From IMG/VR virus record IMGVR_UViG_3300025277_000083, positions 1 to 32,201 of that record: a DNA stretch of 32,201 nucleotides; one strand, given 5' to 3'. This document shows, one piece after another, positions 6,895-16,806 of this stretch. This DNA comes from a virus (Duplodnaviria > Caudoviricetes). Position 1 is the first letter of the stretch. Each line of letters opens with the position of its first letter. The notes beneath the pieces were generated by a model. The model did not search any database. It was not told where the DNA came from and saw only the letters and a list, made by a program, of their open reading frames with translations. The translations under genes and the position numbers were made by a program.

Positions 6895-9800
6895 ATGGCA
6901 TCAACATGGTCCAGTCTTGGAATAAGACTAATGACAACAGGCGAGAACGCAAACGCTTGGGGTGATCAAACTAATCAGAACTGGGAAAGACTAGAAGATG
7001 CAGCTGACGGTTTAGCAACTGTTGCTGTCACTGGTGCAACCACTTTAACTTTTACAGCACAACCAACTTCTTATGCTGATGAGAATGGTCGTAATAAAGT
7101 TTTAGTATTCACTGGTACAGCTGGGGGCACACAAGCTATTACGTTTCCAAACATTGAAAAAACATATCACGTATTAAACGATTCAAACTCAACTCTTACT
7201 TTAACTACTGGCACTGGAGCGGCAACCGTTTCACTAGCAGCAGGTAAAGACAAAATAATATACAATGATGGCTCTGATGAAATTCACGATGCCATAGCTA
7301 ATTTATCTGTAACAACTGTAAATGGCATTCCATTCTTTAGCGATACAACTAATGGTTCTATCTACACTCACGATGTTTCAGGCACAGATGATACAGCGGC
7401 TAATAATACTGCTTATGGATTAACAGCACTAGATGCAATTACAACTGGAGATCGAAATACTGCGTTAGGATATGGTGCTGGTGGTTCTTTAACAACTGGA
7501 GAAAAAAATGTTTTTGTTGGTTATAATGCTGGTACAACTTCTACCGATGGAGTTAGAAATGTTGGCATAGGTAATCAAGCATTAACTTCTTTAACCGATG
7601 GACAAAGAAATGTAGCTGCTGGTTTTACAGCTGGACAATTAATTACAACTGGGGAAAATAATGTAGCTATTGGATATGCTGCTGCAAATGGTTTTGATAC
7701 AGAAAATCATAATTTAGCAATCGGTACAGATGCATTAGGTGGATCAGTAGCTGGTGGAGAATATAACATAGCCATTGGAAACTACGCACTAGATGCTTTG
7801 ACATCAGCTGACAATAATACAGTTGTTGGCTATGAAGCTGGCTCTGCTATTACAACTGGGCCTCACAATGTGCTTATAGGTAAACAAGCTGGAGCAAAAA
7901 TGACTGAAGGTGATAAAAATGTTATTGTTGGAAGTCAAGCTGGTGCAGAATTAGTTGGTGATGGTGGAGACTTTAATACTTTAATAGGTTATGCAGCAGG
8001 TAATGCCCTAACAACTACTAATAGTAGTATATTTATTGGACACGAATCTGGTGACGGACACGATACTGAAACTAATAACTTAGGAATTGGTCGTGGTGCA
8101 TTAGGTGGCTCAATAGCTGGTGGAGAATATAACGTAGCAGTTGGTAACTATACTTTAGATTCTTTAACTTCTGCTGATAGAGTAACTGCTATAGGTTATG
8201 AAGCTGGTTCTGCAGTTACAACAGGTGGAACGTCAACTCTTATCGGCTATAATGCTGGTAAATCTATTACAACTGGAAGTACTCATGTATTTATAGGACA
8301 TGAAGCTGGTGATGGATTTGATACAGAATCTCATAATATGGGAATTGGTGAAAGTGCATTAGGTGGATCTGTAGCAGGTGGTGAATATAACGTAGCAATC
8401 GGAAACTACTCACTCGATGCTTTAACATCTGCTGATGGTAATACTGCTATAGGTTACGAAGCTGGAAGTGCAATTGCAAGTGGTGGCAGACATACTGCTG
8501 TAGGGTATCAAGCATTAAAGGCAATGTCTGGTGGAACAGTTGGTAATGTAGCTATTGGTTGGAAAGCATTAACAGCCGCAACTGGAGAATATAATACTGC
8601 GGTGGGAGACCAAGCTGGGTTAATTGTATCAAGTGGTGTAAGAAATATGGCAATAGGTGCTGGTGCTTTAATAAATGCAGATACTGAAAATGACAATATG
8701 GCATTTGGTGCTGATTCAATGGCTGGTGCAATTAATGGTGGAGAATTCAATATTGCTATCGGTCGTCAAACTTTAGATGCTTTAACTTCTGGTGATGGCA
8801 ATACTGTGATGGGATATCAAGCTGGAAGTGGATTAACGACTGGAGCTGATAACGTATTAATTGGCAGAACGGCTGGAGGCTCTGGTGCTATGACTGGTGA
8901 CTATAATGTGTTTGTTGGTACTGGTATTGGTGGAAACAATGCTTTAACTTCTGCATATCAAAACGTAGTTATAGGTAGAGAAGCCGCTTATTATGGAACA
9001 TCATTTAATACATCTGTTCTTGTAGGTTATTCAGCAGGTAAAAATATAACTAATGGAGCAGAAATTGTAGCAGTTGGTCGTAATGCTTACAATAATGCAG
9101 ACACCGAAGCACACAATTTGGCTATAGGTTCGGATGCTATGGCAGGAGCAGTAGCAGGTGGTGAATACAATGTAGCTGTAGGTAATGCTACACTAGATGC
9201 TTTAACTTCGGCTGACAATTGTGTGGGTTTAGGTTATGGTGCTGGCACTGCTATAACTACTGGTGCTTCTAATACTTGTCTTGGTCAACGTTCTGCAGAA
9301 GATTTAACAACTGGAACTGGAAATACTGTTGTAGGCAGGCTTGCTGCTGAGAATTTGGATTCAGGAGACAATAATACTTTAATAGGTAGAGATGCTGGTT
9401 CATCATATGTGGGAAGTGGAAGTAATTGTACTATTGTAGGACAAGGTTCAAGACCTCATTCATCAGCAGACAATGAAGATAATACAAGTATCTTTGGTTC
9501 TGGAATAACATCAGGACAAGGTAACGAGGTACATATTGGTAATACATCTGTTACTGCAATTAAGGGACAAGTTTCTTTTGGCACATACTCTGATGAAAGA
9601 ATTAAAAAAGATATTGTTGATACTGATTTAGGTTTAGAATTTGTAAACAAATTAAAACCTAGAAAATTTAAAAGGCGTGATCCAGCAGAATATGCTGACA
9701 TTTTTGATGATGGTAATAAAGAGCCAATCAAAGAAAAAGAAAAAGATAATGTATTTGATGGTTTAATAGCTCAAGAAGTTGAAACTGTTTGTAAAGAACT

Positions 9801-9954
9801 TGGTGTTAGTTTTTCTGGTCATCAAGTTGCATACTCTAGTAAACAATCTATTCAATATGAAACATTGACTATACCATTGATAAAAGCCGTACAAGAGTTG
9901 TCGGCTCAAGTAGCAACTCTACAAAATGAAATAAACACTCTAAAAGGAGAATAA
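6895..9954 (+). CDS. Tail fibre/spike with 17-aa adhesin-like repeats and a C-terminal peptidase S74 intramolecular chaperone
   Basis: 1019 aa. N-terminal attachment-like motif GENANAWG-x-x-TN-x-N, about 40 repeats of N-x-A-[IV]-G-x-x-A-x-x-x-x-T-[TS]-G, SDERIKKDI at 9589 followed by GLIAQEV and a terminal coiled coil. Confidence 0.88.
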   Translation: MASTWSSLGIRLMTTGENANAWGDQTNQNWERLEDAADGLATVAVTGATTLTFTAQPTSYADENGRNKVLVFTGTAGGTQAITFPNIEKTYHVLNDSNSTLTLTTGTGAATVSLAAGKDKIIYNDGSDEIHDAIANLSVTTVNGIPFFSDTTNGSIYTHDVSGTDDTAANNTAYGLTALDAITTGDRNTALGYGAGGSLTTGEKNVFVGYNAGTTSTDGVRNVGIGNQALTSLTDGQRNVAAGFTAGQLITTGENNVAIGYAAANGFDTENHNLAIGTDALGGSVAGGEYNIAIGNYALDALTSADNNTVVGYEAGSAITTGPHNVLIGKQAGAKMTEGDKNVIVGSQAGAELVGDGGDFNTLIGYAAGNALTTTNSSIFIGHESGDGHDTETNNLGIGRGALGGSIAGGEYNVAVGNYTLDSLTSADRVTAIGYEAGSAVTTGGTSTLIGYNAGKSITTGSTHVFIGHEAGDGFDTESHNMGIGESALGGSVAGGEYNVAIGNYSLDALTSADGNTAIGYEAGSAIASGGRHTAVGYQALKAMSGGTVGNVAIGWKALTAATGEYNTAVGDQAGLIVSSGVRNMAIGAGALINADTENDNMAFGADSMAGAINGGEFNIAIGRQTLDALTSGDGNTVMGYQAGSGLTTGADNVLIGRTAGGSGAMTGDYNVFVGTGIGGNNALTSAYQNVVIGREAAYYGTSFNTSVLVGYSAGKNITNGAEIVAVGRNAYNNADTEAHNLAIGSDAMAGAVAGGEYNVAVGNATLDALTSADNCVGLGYGAGTAITTGASNTCLGQRSAEDLTTGTGNTVVGRLAAENLDSGDNNTLIGRDAGSSYVGSGSNCTIVGQGSRPHSSADNEDNTSIFGSGITSGQGNEVHIGNTSVTAIKGQVSFGTYSDERIKKDIVDTDLGLEFVNKLKPRKFKRRDPAEYADIFDDGNKEPIKEKEKDNVFDGLIAQEVETVCKELGVSFSGHQVAYSSKQSIQYETLTIPLIKAVQELSAQVATLQNEINTLKGE
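7405..9440 (+). repeat. Coding tandem repeat: 17-aa (51-nt) units plus a five-fold higher-order repeat
   Basis: Consecutive units such as NTAYGLTALDAITTGDR, NTALGYGAGGSLTTGEK and NVFVGYNAGTTSTDGVR. The block DTE..N..IG.....G....GGE[YF]N.A.G...LD.LTS.D recurs near 7690, 8056, 8314, 8674 and 9094. Confidence 0.9.
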
Positions 9955-9955
9955 T

Positions 9956-10252
9956 ATGGCAGTAACTAAAACATGGGTATCAGCTAAACCTAAAACAAAT
10001 GCTGATGGTAATGTAACGGAATGGTCGGTTGAGTATAAATATACTGATGGTGACTTTTCTCATACATTCAGTAAATCTGAAAAGATTGAATCGCCATCTA
10101 AAGCACCAGGTAGCTATACTAAAGCTGAACTATTGACACTTATGGATGAGGCACATTGGGATGATATGTTTAATAAAAAACATAACGTTTACAAAAACCC
10201 ACCAGTAGCTGATACAATTGATAATAGTTTTGACGTTTCATCATTAAGCTAA
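9956..10252 (+). CDS. Small tail-fibre-associated protein
   Basis: 98 aa directly after the fibre gene, with SD AAGGAG. Function inferred from position only. Confidence 0.6.
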   Translation: MAVTKTWVSAKPKTNADGNVTEWSVEYKYTDGDFSHTFSKSEKIESPSKAPGSYTKAELLTLMDEAHWDDMFNKKHNVYKNPPVADTIDNSFDVSSLS

Positions 10253-10269
10253 ACTAAATAGGAGCAACT

Positions 10270-12222
10270 ATGGGCTCGTTAGTAAAGCTTACCGCACCAG
10301 CAGGAATTGTCAGTAATATTACGGATTATCAAGCCCAGCTTCGTTACACGGACGCTGATCTTGTACGTTTTAGCTCGGGCGCTCCGGAAAAAATTGGTGG
10401 TTGGGTATATAGAGATGGATTATTAGTACAATACAACTATGTAACTGATGTAGATACTACAACCACTATTAATACAGTTCCTGGAATTTGCAGAAAAATA
10501 TTTCAACACAAAGATCTTCAAGGAAATAAATATTTATTTTACTTTACGACCACGCACGTCTATGTAGAGCTTGGTGGTTTTCGTTATGACATTACACCTT
10601 TTAGAACTGATCCAGTTGTTTTAACTAACAAGATAACTACAGGAACAGCTGGTTCTTCTACTGTAATTATTACTGACTCAAGTAACTCAATAGCACAAAC
10701 TGATCCACAATCGCGAATATTAATTACTTCATTATCAGGCACTAACAACGAACAAGTTGTTCTTGATGGTATCACTTTAACTGTTGGCGAATACTTGTGT
10801 AAATATCTTAGTGCATCTACATATTCATTAACTGCTGTATCTGGAACAGGGGCATCTATATCAGGCACTGCTTCTTCTGGTTCTCAGACTGGTGGAGGGG
10901 CAATGACTATTCGCTACATAGTGAGCAATGGATCTGAAGATGGCTCCGTAGCTTTTGGTTGGGGCTCTGGTTTATGGGGTCAATCAACATGGGGCACTCC
11001 AAGAACTTCTGGTGTAGCTGGTACGCAAACATCTCCTAGAGTATGGAGTGTTGATGCATGGGGTGAAGACATCGTATGTGCTCCTGCTGAAGGAACCGAT
11101 ACCGCATACTATATAGACACCAGCGCATTTGAAGATGCTAAGTCAACATACAGAGGTACTACATTAAAAAAATATTTAACTGATCTAAGTTTAGATGGCT
11201 CACAAGTTCCAGTAGTTTGTGGTAAAGTTATGGTATCTACTCCTGACAGACATTTAGTTTTCTTTGGAGCTAATGCTTTTGGTACTACTAACTTTGATCC
11301 ATTATTAGTTAGATTTTCAAATCAAGAAGATTTAGTTAACTGGACTCCTGCTATTGAAAACTCTGCAGGTGATCAACGTCTAGGTACAGGTACAAAAATT
11401 CAAACAGCTTCTAAAGGTAGAGGACAATTATTAATTCACACAGATGTAGATGTATATTCTATGCAGTTTGTGGGGCCGCCATTTACTTTTGCATTTCAAC
11501 AAGTATCAGATACAGCTGGTTCTATTTCTGAAAACTGTGTGTCTATGGTTGAAGGAGCTGCGTATTGGATGACCCAAAATAATTTTTATGTATATGATGG
11601 ATCAGTGCAATCATTAGAATGTTCTGTTCATGAAACTGTGTTTGACAATTTAACTAGCAATCAGATTGAAAAAGTTACATCTGGAACCAATACTAAGTTT
11701 AATGAAATTTGGTGGTTCTACCCTTCCACTAATTCATCAACAATAGACAAGTATGTTATATATAATTACTTAGATCGAACCTGGTCTATTGGTAGTTCAC
11801 TACAAAGAACTGCATGGAATGATTATAATATTTTCCAAGTACCTTTAGCAGCAGATACTGATGGATACATATATGAACAAGAATCTGGATTCAATAACGT
11901 AAATACAGCTATGACTGCATTTATTGAAACAGGTTTCTTTAACGGTGATGAAGCAGGTAACAATATGTTCTTTATGGATAAAATAATTCCTGATACAAAA
12001 TTTGAGTCTGGGACAGATATTAAGTTTCAACTAAAAAGTAAAAGATATCCAAACGGAACTGAGACAACTAAAGGTCCATTTACTTTAACATCAAGCACAA
12101 ACAAATTAAATTTAAGAGCAAGAGGTAGATCTTTTCAAGCTAAATACTTTAGTGATGCAAAAGATACACAATGGCGTTTAGGCACCTGGCGTGCACAAGC
12201 TCAAGCAGACGGGTCTAGATAA
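10270..12222 (+). CDS. Tail tubular protein B / P22 gp10-like stabilisation protein
   Basis: 650 aa with VRF-x-x-G-x-PEKIGGW, DPLLVRFSNQED, N-x-AG-x-x-RL, and FNEIWWFYP...YVIYNY...W motifs. Rich in beta-propeller-like sequence. SD GGAG. Confidence 0.8.
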   Translation: MGSLVKLTAPAGIVSNITDYQAQLRYTDADLVRFSSGAPEKIGGWVYRDGLLVQYNYVTDVDTTTTINTVPGICRKIFQHKDLQGNKYLFYFTTTHVYVELGGFRYDITPFRTDPVVLTNKITTGTAGSSTVIITDSSNSIAQTDPQSRILITSLSGTNNEQVVLDGITLTVGEYLCKYLSASTYSLTAVSGTGASISGTASSGSQTGGGAMTIRYIVSNGSEDGSVAFGWGSGLWGQSTWGTPRTSGVAGTQTSPRVWSVDAWGEDIVCAPAEGTDTAYYIDTSAFEDAKSTYRGTTLKKYLTDLSLDGSQVPVVCGKVMVSTPDRHLVFFGANAFGTTNFDPLLVRFSNQEDLVNWTPAIENSAGDQRLGTGTKIQTASKGRGQLLIHTDVDVYSMQFVGPPFTFAFQQVSDTAGSISENCVSMVEGAAYWMTQNNFYVYDGSVQSLECSVHETVFDNLTSNQIEKVTSGTNTKFNEIWWFYPSTNSSTIDKYVIYNYLDRTWSIGSSLQRTAWNDYNIFQVPLAADTDGYIYEQESGFNNVNTAMTAFIETGFFNGDEAGNNMFFMDKIIPDTKFESGTDIKFQLKSKRYPNGTETTKGPFTLTSSTNKLNLRARGRSFQAKYFSDAKDTQWRLGTWRAQAQADGSR

Positions 12223-12410
12223 TGAGTTTATATAAAAGAATAATATACCCATCACTTTCTTACGCAGAAAGACAAACAGGATTAATTAACACTAAAACTT
12301 ACAACGCTTTAATATTATCATTAGCACTTAGAGACATAGCAATAGGTAAAATGCCTAGTCGAGTAGCTAGTGAAGATGAACAAAGATCAATGAATTGGTT
12401 TATAAGCTAA
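12222..12410 (+). CDS. Small hypothetical protein
   Basis: 62 aa with TAATG coupling at both ends. Confidence 0.65.
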   Translation: MSLYKRIIYPSLSYAERQTGLINTKTYNALILSLALRDIAIGKMPSRVASEDEQRSMNWFIS

Positions 12411-12760
12411 TGGCAATTAAATACGTAAACGCAAAACAAGACTTAACAAATACAGACCTAACTACTCTGTATACTGCACCTGCTACACCTGCAACTACAT
12501 CCATAGTTAAATCATTTATAATATCAGAAGACTCTGGCTCTACTCCAACTATAACCATAACTATCGTAGATGCTGCAGATACACCAGCAACATTTAACTT
12601 ATTTAAAACCAAAGCACTAACAGCTAATGGTACAACAGAACTATTAACCCAACCACTGATCTTAACAGCTGGCGAGATACTTAAGGTACAAGCTTCCGCC
12701 GGTAATCAAATTCATGTGGTATCAAGCATTATGGAGGTAACAGATGACATCATTAAGTAA
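12410..12760 (+). CDS. Hypothetical virion protein (start revised from 12395 to 12410)
   Basis: The ATG at 12410 overlaps the upstream TAA. Contains TTLYTAP...IVKS...PLIL-x-x-GE-x-LKVQA, a beta-rich small structural-type sequence. Confidence 0.65.
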   Translation: MAIKYVNAKQDLTNTDLTTLYTAPATPATTSIVKSFIISEDSGSTPTITITIVDAADTPATFNLFKTKALTANGTTELLTQPLILTAGEILKVQASAGNQIHVVSSIMEVTDDIIK

Positions 12761-12773
12761 TTCATGTGCCCCC

Positions 12774-12802
12774 TTGAATATGGGGAGAAATTAAGGTATA
12801 AT
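12774..12802 (+). promoter_or_regulatory. Sigma70-type promoter for the ejection-protein genes
   Basis: TTGAAT (12774-12779), 17-bp spacer, TATAAT (12797-12802), all within an intergenic gap. Confidence 0.8.
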
Positions 12803-12809
12803 ATACACA

Positions 12810-14408
12810 ATGGCTACACCTCCAAATCAGATGGGTCTAACAGGACCAGTACAAGCAAATGATATAGTTATGCGTGCTTCTGAGATAGGTACAACTATCC
12901 CTGGTATTGCAAGTTTAGCTATGAAATCAGCTCGTAAAGGGGCACAGAGAGGCGTACAAGGCATTTATCAATTACCTAGTGGTAACGAACCTACTCCGGA
13001 ATTTATGAATGTTTCTCAACAGAATTTAAATAATCAGCTAACACAAATGGCTAGTACAGTTGAGGCAGCATCAGCTCCTCCTAATCACATGCTAGCTTTT
13101 ATTACACCTGACGAAGCAGGCATTTTAAAACTACTCGGAGGTACTGGTGAAATAACTTCAGCAGGTATTCCTGCATTTCCACCTCAGGGACAATACGGTG
13201 CAGGAGGTGGAGGTACTCATAGTAGTCCTAGTGAAGGTGCTGGTGGCTCAGATAGACCTAGAGATCCTAGTAATCCACAAGGTAGTTCAAATATTGATAG
13301 TGGTACTACAAGCCCAGACCTAGGTGGTAAAGAAGATAAAGATGATGGATCTAAAAAAGATTATAGTCCAGATACTGACAAGGAAGATTACAGAGAAAGT
13401 GTTAAAGAGGCTCATGAAGCAATAGTAGATCGAAAGACTTTAGAATCACTCAAAGACCAAGCCGCAAAAGCAGAAGCAATGGAGAAAGCAACTGTAAGAT
13501 ATGGAGATGGTAAAACTGTTACTAGTAGTGAGGGTGATGTATTTTCAAAGTCAATATTTGACAGAGAAATGCAAGAGCGTGAAGATGAAAAAACGAGACA
13601 AAAATATATACAAGATAAATTTGCACAAGATTACTATGATGCATACGAAGGAGAAACATTTGATCAAAGATTTGGAACACCTCAATTTTCAACATTAAAT
13701 GAATTAGGAGATCCTGTACTTAGTTATGAAGGAGTAGTAAATGAAGAAAACAGAATGCGAGATGAACTTGAAAGACTAACAAATGCAGCTCAGGCTAATG
13801 ACATAAGTAACGAAGATTTAAATAAGTTAGCAGATCTTAATAAATTCTTTGGTAAAAATCCAACTACAGGTATGGGTATAGTAGAATCATTAGAGTATCA
13901 ATTTACCAATCCAAAATTTAAGGAAGATCTAACTAAAGCCGCGCCAGTTTTAGGTGCTGCAGCTTTGGTAGGATTTGCTCCTGGAATTGTAAAAAGTATT
14001 ATGGGTTTAAACAATATGATGAAAATGTTTAGTAAAGAACCTACCACAAGTTTACGTACCACAATTGAAAATCAATTAAAAAAATTAACTGGTAAAGAAA
14101 AAAAAGCTTTAGCTAGTACACTACCATCTACTTACAAAGGCTTTGGAATACAAGGTGAGGACAGAGGACAAGGTGGAGACAGAAGAGCTCAGGAAGAAGC
14201 TGCAAGAAGAGCGGCTGAAGAAGAGGCGAGAAGAAGAGCAGAGGAAGAAGCAGAGAACAATCGTGAAAGAGATAGGTTTGAAAGATCTTTTGCTAACAGA
14301 TATTTTGTTGGTCCAGCAAGTCTAGACGAAGTAAGAAAGTATGCAATAACAGACGGCGGATACAGCCAATTAACACCATTCTATGGTAGAGAAAAAGAAA
14401 CAGTTTAA
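12810..14408 (+). CDS. Putative internal virion / ejection protein
   Basis: 532 aa with HMLAFITPDEAGILKLLGGTG...GIPAF, a disordered G/S/D region, one hydrophobic segment (VLGAAALVGFAPGIV) and an E/R-rich helix. Located after the tail genes. Confidence 0.65.
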   Translation: MATPPNQMGLTGPVQANDIVMRASEIGTTIPGIASLAMKSARKGAQRGVQGIYQLPSGNEPTPEFMNVSQQNLNNQLTQMASTVEAASAPPNHMLAFITPDEAGILKLLGGTGEITSAGIPAFPPQGQYGAGGGGTHSSPSEGAGGSDRPRDPSNPQGSSNIDSGTTSPDLGGKEDKDDGSKKDYSPDTDKEDYRESVKEAHEAIVDRKTLESLKDQAAKAEAMEKATVRYGDGKTVTSSEGDVFSKSIFDREMQEREDEKTRQKYIQDKFAQDYYDAYEGETFDQRFGTPQFSTLNELGDPVLSYEGVVNEENRMRDELERLTNAAQANDISNEDLNKLADLNKFFGKNPTTGMGIVESLEYQFTNPKFKEDLTKAAPVLGAAALVGFAPGIVKSIMGLNNMMKMFSKEPTTSLRTTIENQLKKLTGKEKKALASTLPSTYKGFGIQGEDRGQGGDRRAQEEAARRAAEEEARRRAEEEAENNRERDRFERSFANRYFVGPASLDEVRKYAITDGGYSQLTPFYGREKETV

Positions 14409-14418
14409 GGAATAAATT

Positions 14419-15720
14419 ATGGCAACAATATGGGATTATTTAGTAGGCTCCGGTGGTGATCAGACTTTAGGTCAAACACAAACCGCTGAGTCTCCAATGC
14501 CTGAATACATTACTGATGCATCAGCTAGGGCAATTGAAGCAGCCAAAGGTATAGCGTCAGAAGATTACACAGCATACGGCGGACCAAGAGTAGCAGGCCT
14601 AAGCGAGGCACAACAACGTGCAATAGCTCAACAACAAGGTTATGCAGGACAAGGTGTTGCTGGAGCTAACGTAGGTATTGGTACATTAGGTCAAGCAGGT
14701 GGCATGTACGGAACAGCTGGACAACTTGGAGGCACAGCTGGAGGTTATATAGGCGCAGGTATGGGAACTGCAGCAGGGGCACTTGGAACTTTAGGCTCAT
14801 CATTTGATGCGGCGCAAAGATCTAGAGCTATGGCTCAAGGTGGTTATGATGCTACCCAAGGTACAATGAATATGGCTGGCGGAGCTTATGGTTTAGCTGG
14901 TCAAGGGGCAAAAGGCATTACTGGTGCTGAGATTCAAGGCTTTATGAATCCATATGCAACTAACGTTATTGATGCAGCGGCTAGAAAATTTAGAGAAGAA
15001 GGTGCTAGACAACAAACTAATTTAGGAGCAAAAGCTGCTATGTCTGGTGGCTTTGGTGGCAGTCGTTCTGCTATATTATCTGGCATGCAACAAAGAACAC
15101 AAACAGAAGGTATTGGCGATCTATATTCTAAAGGATTATCAAGTGCTTATGAGTCTGCATTATCTGCAGCTCAAGAAGGACGTAAGCGTCAAATTCAAGG
15201 AGCACAAGCACAAACGCAAGCAGGTGGTTTAGCTAACCAAGCAACTCTAGCAAGAATACAAGCAGCAGGACAAACAACTGCAGCTGGTAATTTAGCAAGA
15301 TCAGCAACTGGCGAGATGAGACAACTAGGGGCATTGCAAGGTCAACTAGGCGGACAACAAAGACAGTTAATGGATTCAACTAGGATGTTGGGAGATTCTC
15401 AAAGAGGACTTGGTATGGATCAAATTACAGCAGCGCAAAGAAGACAGGCAATTGGACAAGCAGATGTTGCTGGTCAATTAGGTGTGGCTGGATTACAACA
15501 AGGTATAGATCAAAAAGCTATGGATGTAGCTTATGCTGACTTCTTAAGAGAACAAAACTATCCTAAAGAACAACTCAACTTCTTAAGTGGAGTCATATCA
15601 CAACAACCTTATAGTGGTTACAGCACAAGACCAGAAGTATATGATAGTCCAAGTAAGACCTCTAAATATTTAGGATACGCTAGTCAAATAGCAGATATCT
15701 ACAACATGTTTGGAAAGTAA
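14419..15720 (+). CDS. DNA transfer (pilot/ejection) protein
   Basis: 433 aa, rich in Gly/Ala/Gln, with Y-x-GPRVA, FMNPY...V, GGFGGSR and Q-x-YP-x-x-QL motifs typical of podovirus DNA-transfer proteins. Confidence 0.75.
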   Translation: MATIWDYLVGSGGDQTLGQTQTAESPMPEYITDASARAIEAAKGIASEDYTAYGGPRVAGLSEAQQRAIAQQQGYAGQGVAGANVGIGTLGQAGGMYGTAGQLGGTAGGYIGAGMGTAAGALGTLGSSFDAAQRSRAMAQGGYDATQGTMNMAGGAYGLAGQGAKGITGAEIQGFMNPYATNVIDAAARKFREEGARQQTNLGAKAAMSGGFGGSRSAILSGMQQRTQTEGIGDLYSKGLSSAYESALSAAQEGRKRQIQGAQAQTQAGGLANQATLARIQAAGQTTAAGNLARSATGEMRQLGALQGQLGGQQRQLMDSTRMLGDSQRGLGMDQITAAQRRQAIGQADVAGQLGVAGLQQGIDQKAMDVAYADFLREQNYPKEQLNFLSGVISQQPYSGYSTRPEVYDSPSKTSKYLGYASQIADIYNMFGK

Positions 15721-15730
15721 AGGATAAATT

Positions 15731-16795
15731 ATGGCAACGATGGAAGAATTATTAATGATGGCAACAGATGACAAGGATGCTTATGCGCCTGGATCTGATT
15801 TTGCTACATACTTAGAAAGCAATAAAAAAATTATTGATAATAAATTAAAAAACAATGATAAATCATATTTTGTTAATGACAAACAACTAAGTAAATTTAT
15901 AGACCCTGACACAGCACCTGTTCCTGTTTTAGAACAATTTGCAAAAAATCCTAATTATTCTCCTGAGTCTACAGATTATTCTTTTGGCGATGCACAAATT
16001 AAAAGTATACTTTTAAAAAATAGACAGAATAAAAAGAACGAAGCACTAAATAAAGATTTAGATATGATAAAGAAAGTTGCTAAATACAATGCAGACTTAG
16101 AAAAAAAATATAAAAAAGAAAATAAAAAAGAAGAGTTTGTACCTAGAGATACTTTGCTTGGTAGAATATTTGACAAAAGAGTTAAACCAGGTGAAGATAT
16201 ATCTAACGCAGATAAAGCTTCAGCTATGCTTAGAAGCATTAGTGACAATTTATTGGAGCGTCGTTTAGTTGGTGGTAAAGAAGGTACTGATACTCTGAGT
16301 AGAATCTTAGGACCAAGTGGTGGTATAAGAGAAGGAATGACTGAGATAGAATCTTTAGAATCTGCAGCTCGTGCTAAGAATCTCGAGAATATTTTAACAG
16401 ATCAAAAGTACAGAAAAGGTGAAGCAGATATTCAAAAAGTAATAGCTGACACAGCATTACAAAACGCAGGCATTAACACTGAGAATATGGATTCTGATAC
16501 TAAATTTGCTTACTATCAAACTCTTGCTGAATTGGGCACAGAGAATATTGGCACTGCAACGTTCCAAAAGAAACTTCTTGAGAATATGAAAAAACAACAA
16601 AGTGTTGAAATTTTAGATAACATAGGTCCTGAATATACTAAAGCTTTAGATTCTTTAAGAACAGAAACTCCTGGAACTCCTGCGTATGATCGTGCTTTAA
16701 GAATGCTGCAACTTTATGGACAGTATCTTCCTGGACTAGAAGATATGGCAGAAGGAAAAGACGTACAATCACAAGAAGAATTGTTAAAAGGTTAA
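15731..16795 (+). CDS. Putative internal virion protein
   Basis: 354-aa charged, helical-looking ORF between the DNA-transfer gene and the giant gene. SD AAGGA. Confidence 0.6.
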   Translation: MATMEELLMMATDDKDAYAPGSDFATYLESNKKIIDNKLKNNDKSYFVNDKQLSKFIDPDTAPVPVLEQFAKNPNYSPESTDYSFGDAQIKSILLKNRQNKKNEALNKDLDMIKKVAKYNADLEKKYKKENKKEEFVPRDTLLGRIFDKRVKPGEDISNADKASAMLRSISDNLLERRLVGGKEGTDTLSRILGPSGGIREGMTEIESLESAARAKNLENILTDQKYRKGEADIQKVIADTALQNAGINTENMDSDTKFAYYQTLAELGTENIGTATFQKKLLENMKKQQSVEILDNIGPEYTKALDSLRTETPGTPAYDRALRMLQLYGQYLPGLEDMAEGKDVQSQEELLKG

Positions 16796-16806
16796 CAACA
16801 TAACTA

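Noticed and set aside
7405-9440. Tail fibre repeats as a diversity-generating retroelement TR/VR pair or a CRISPR-like array
   Set aside because: The repeats are in-frame, degenerate mostly at synonymous positions, not adenine-specific and have no unique spacers. No reverse transcriptase or cas gene is in the window.
14419-15720. Gly/Ala/Gln-rich ORF as a tape measure or collagen-like protein
   Set aside because: There is no G-x-y periodicity, it is short, no tail tube genes are nearby, and its motifs fit podovirus DNA-transfer proteins better.
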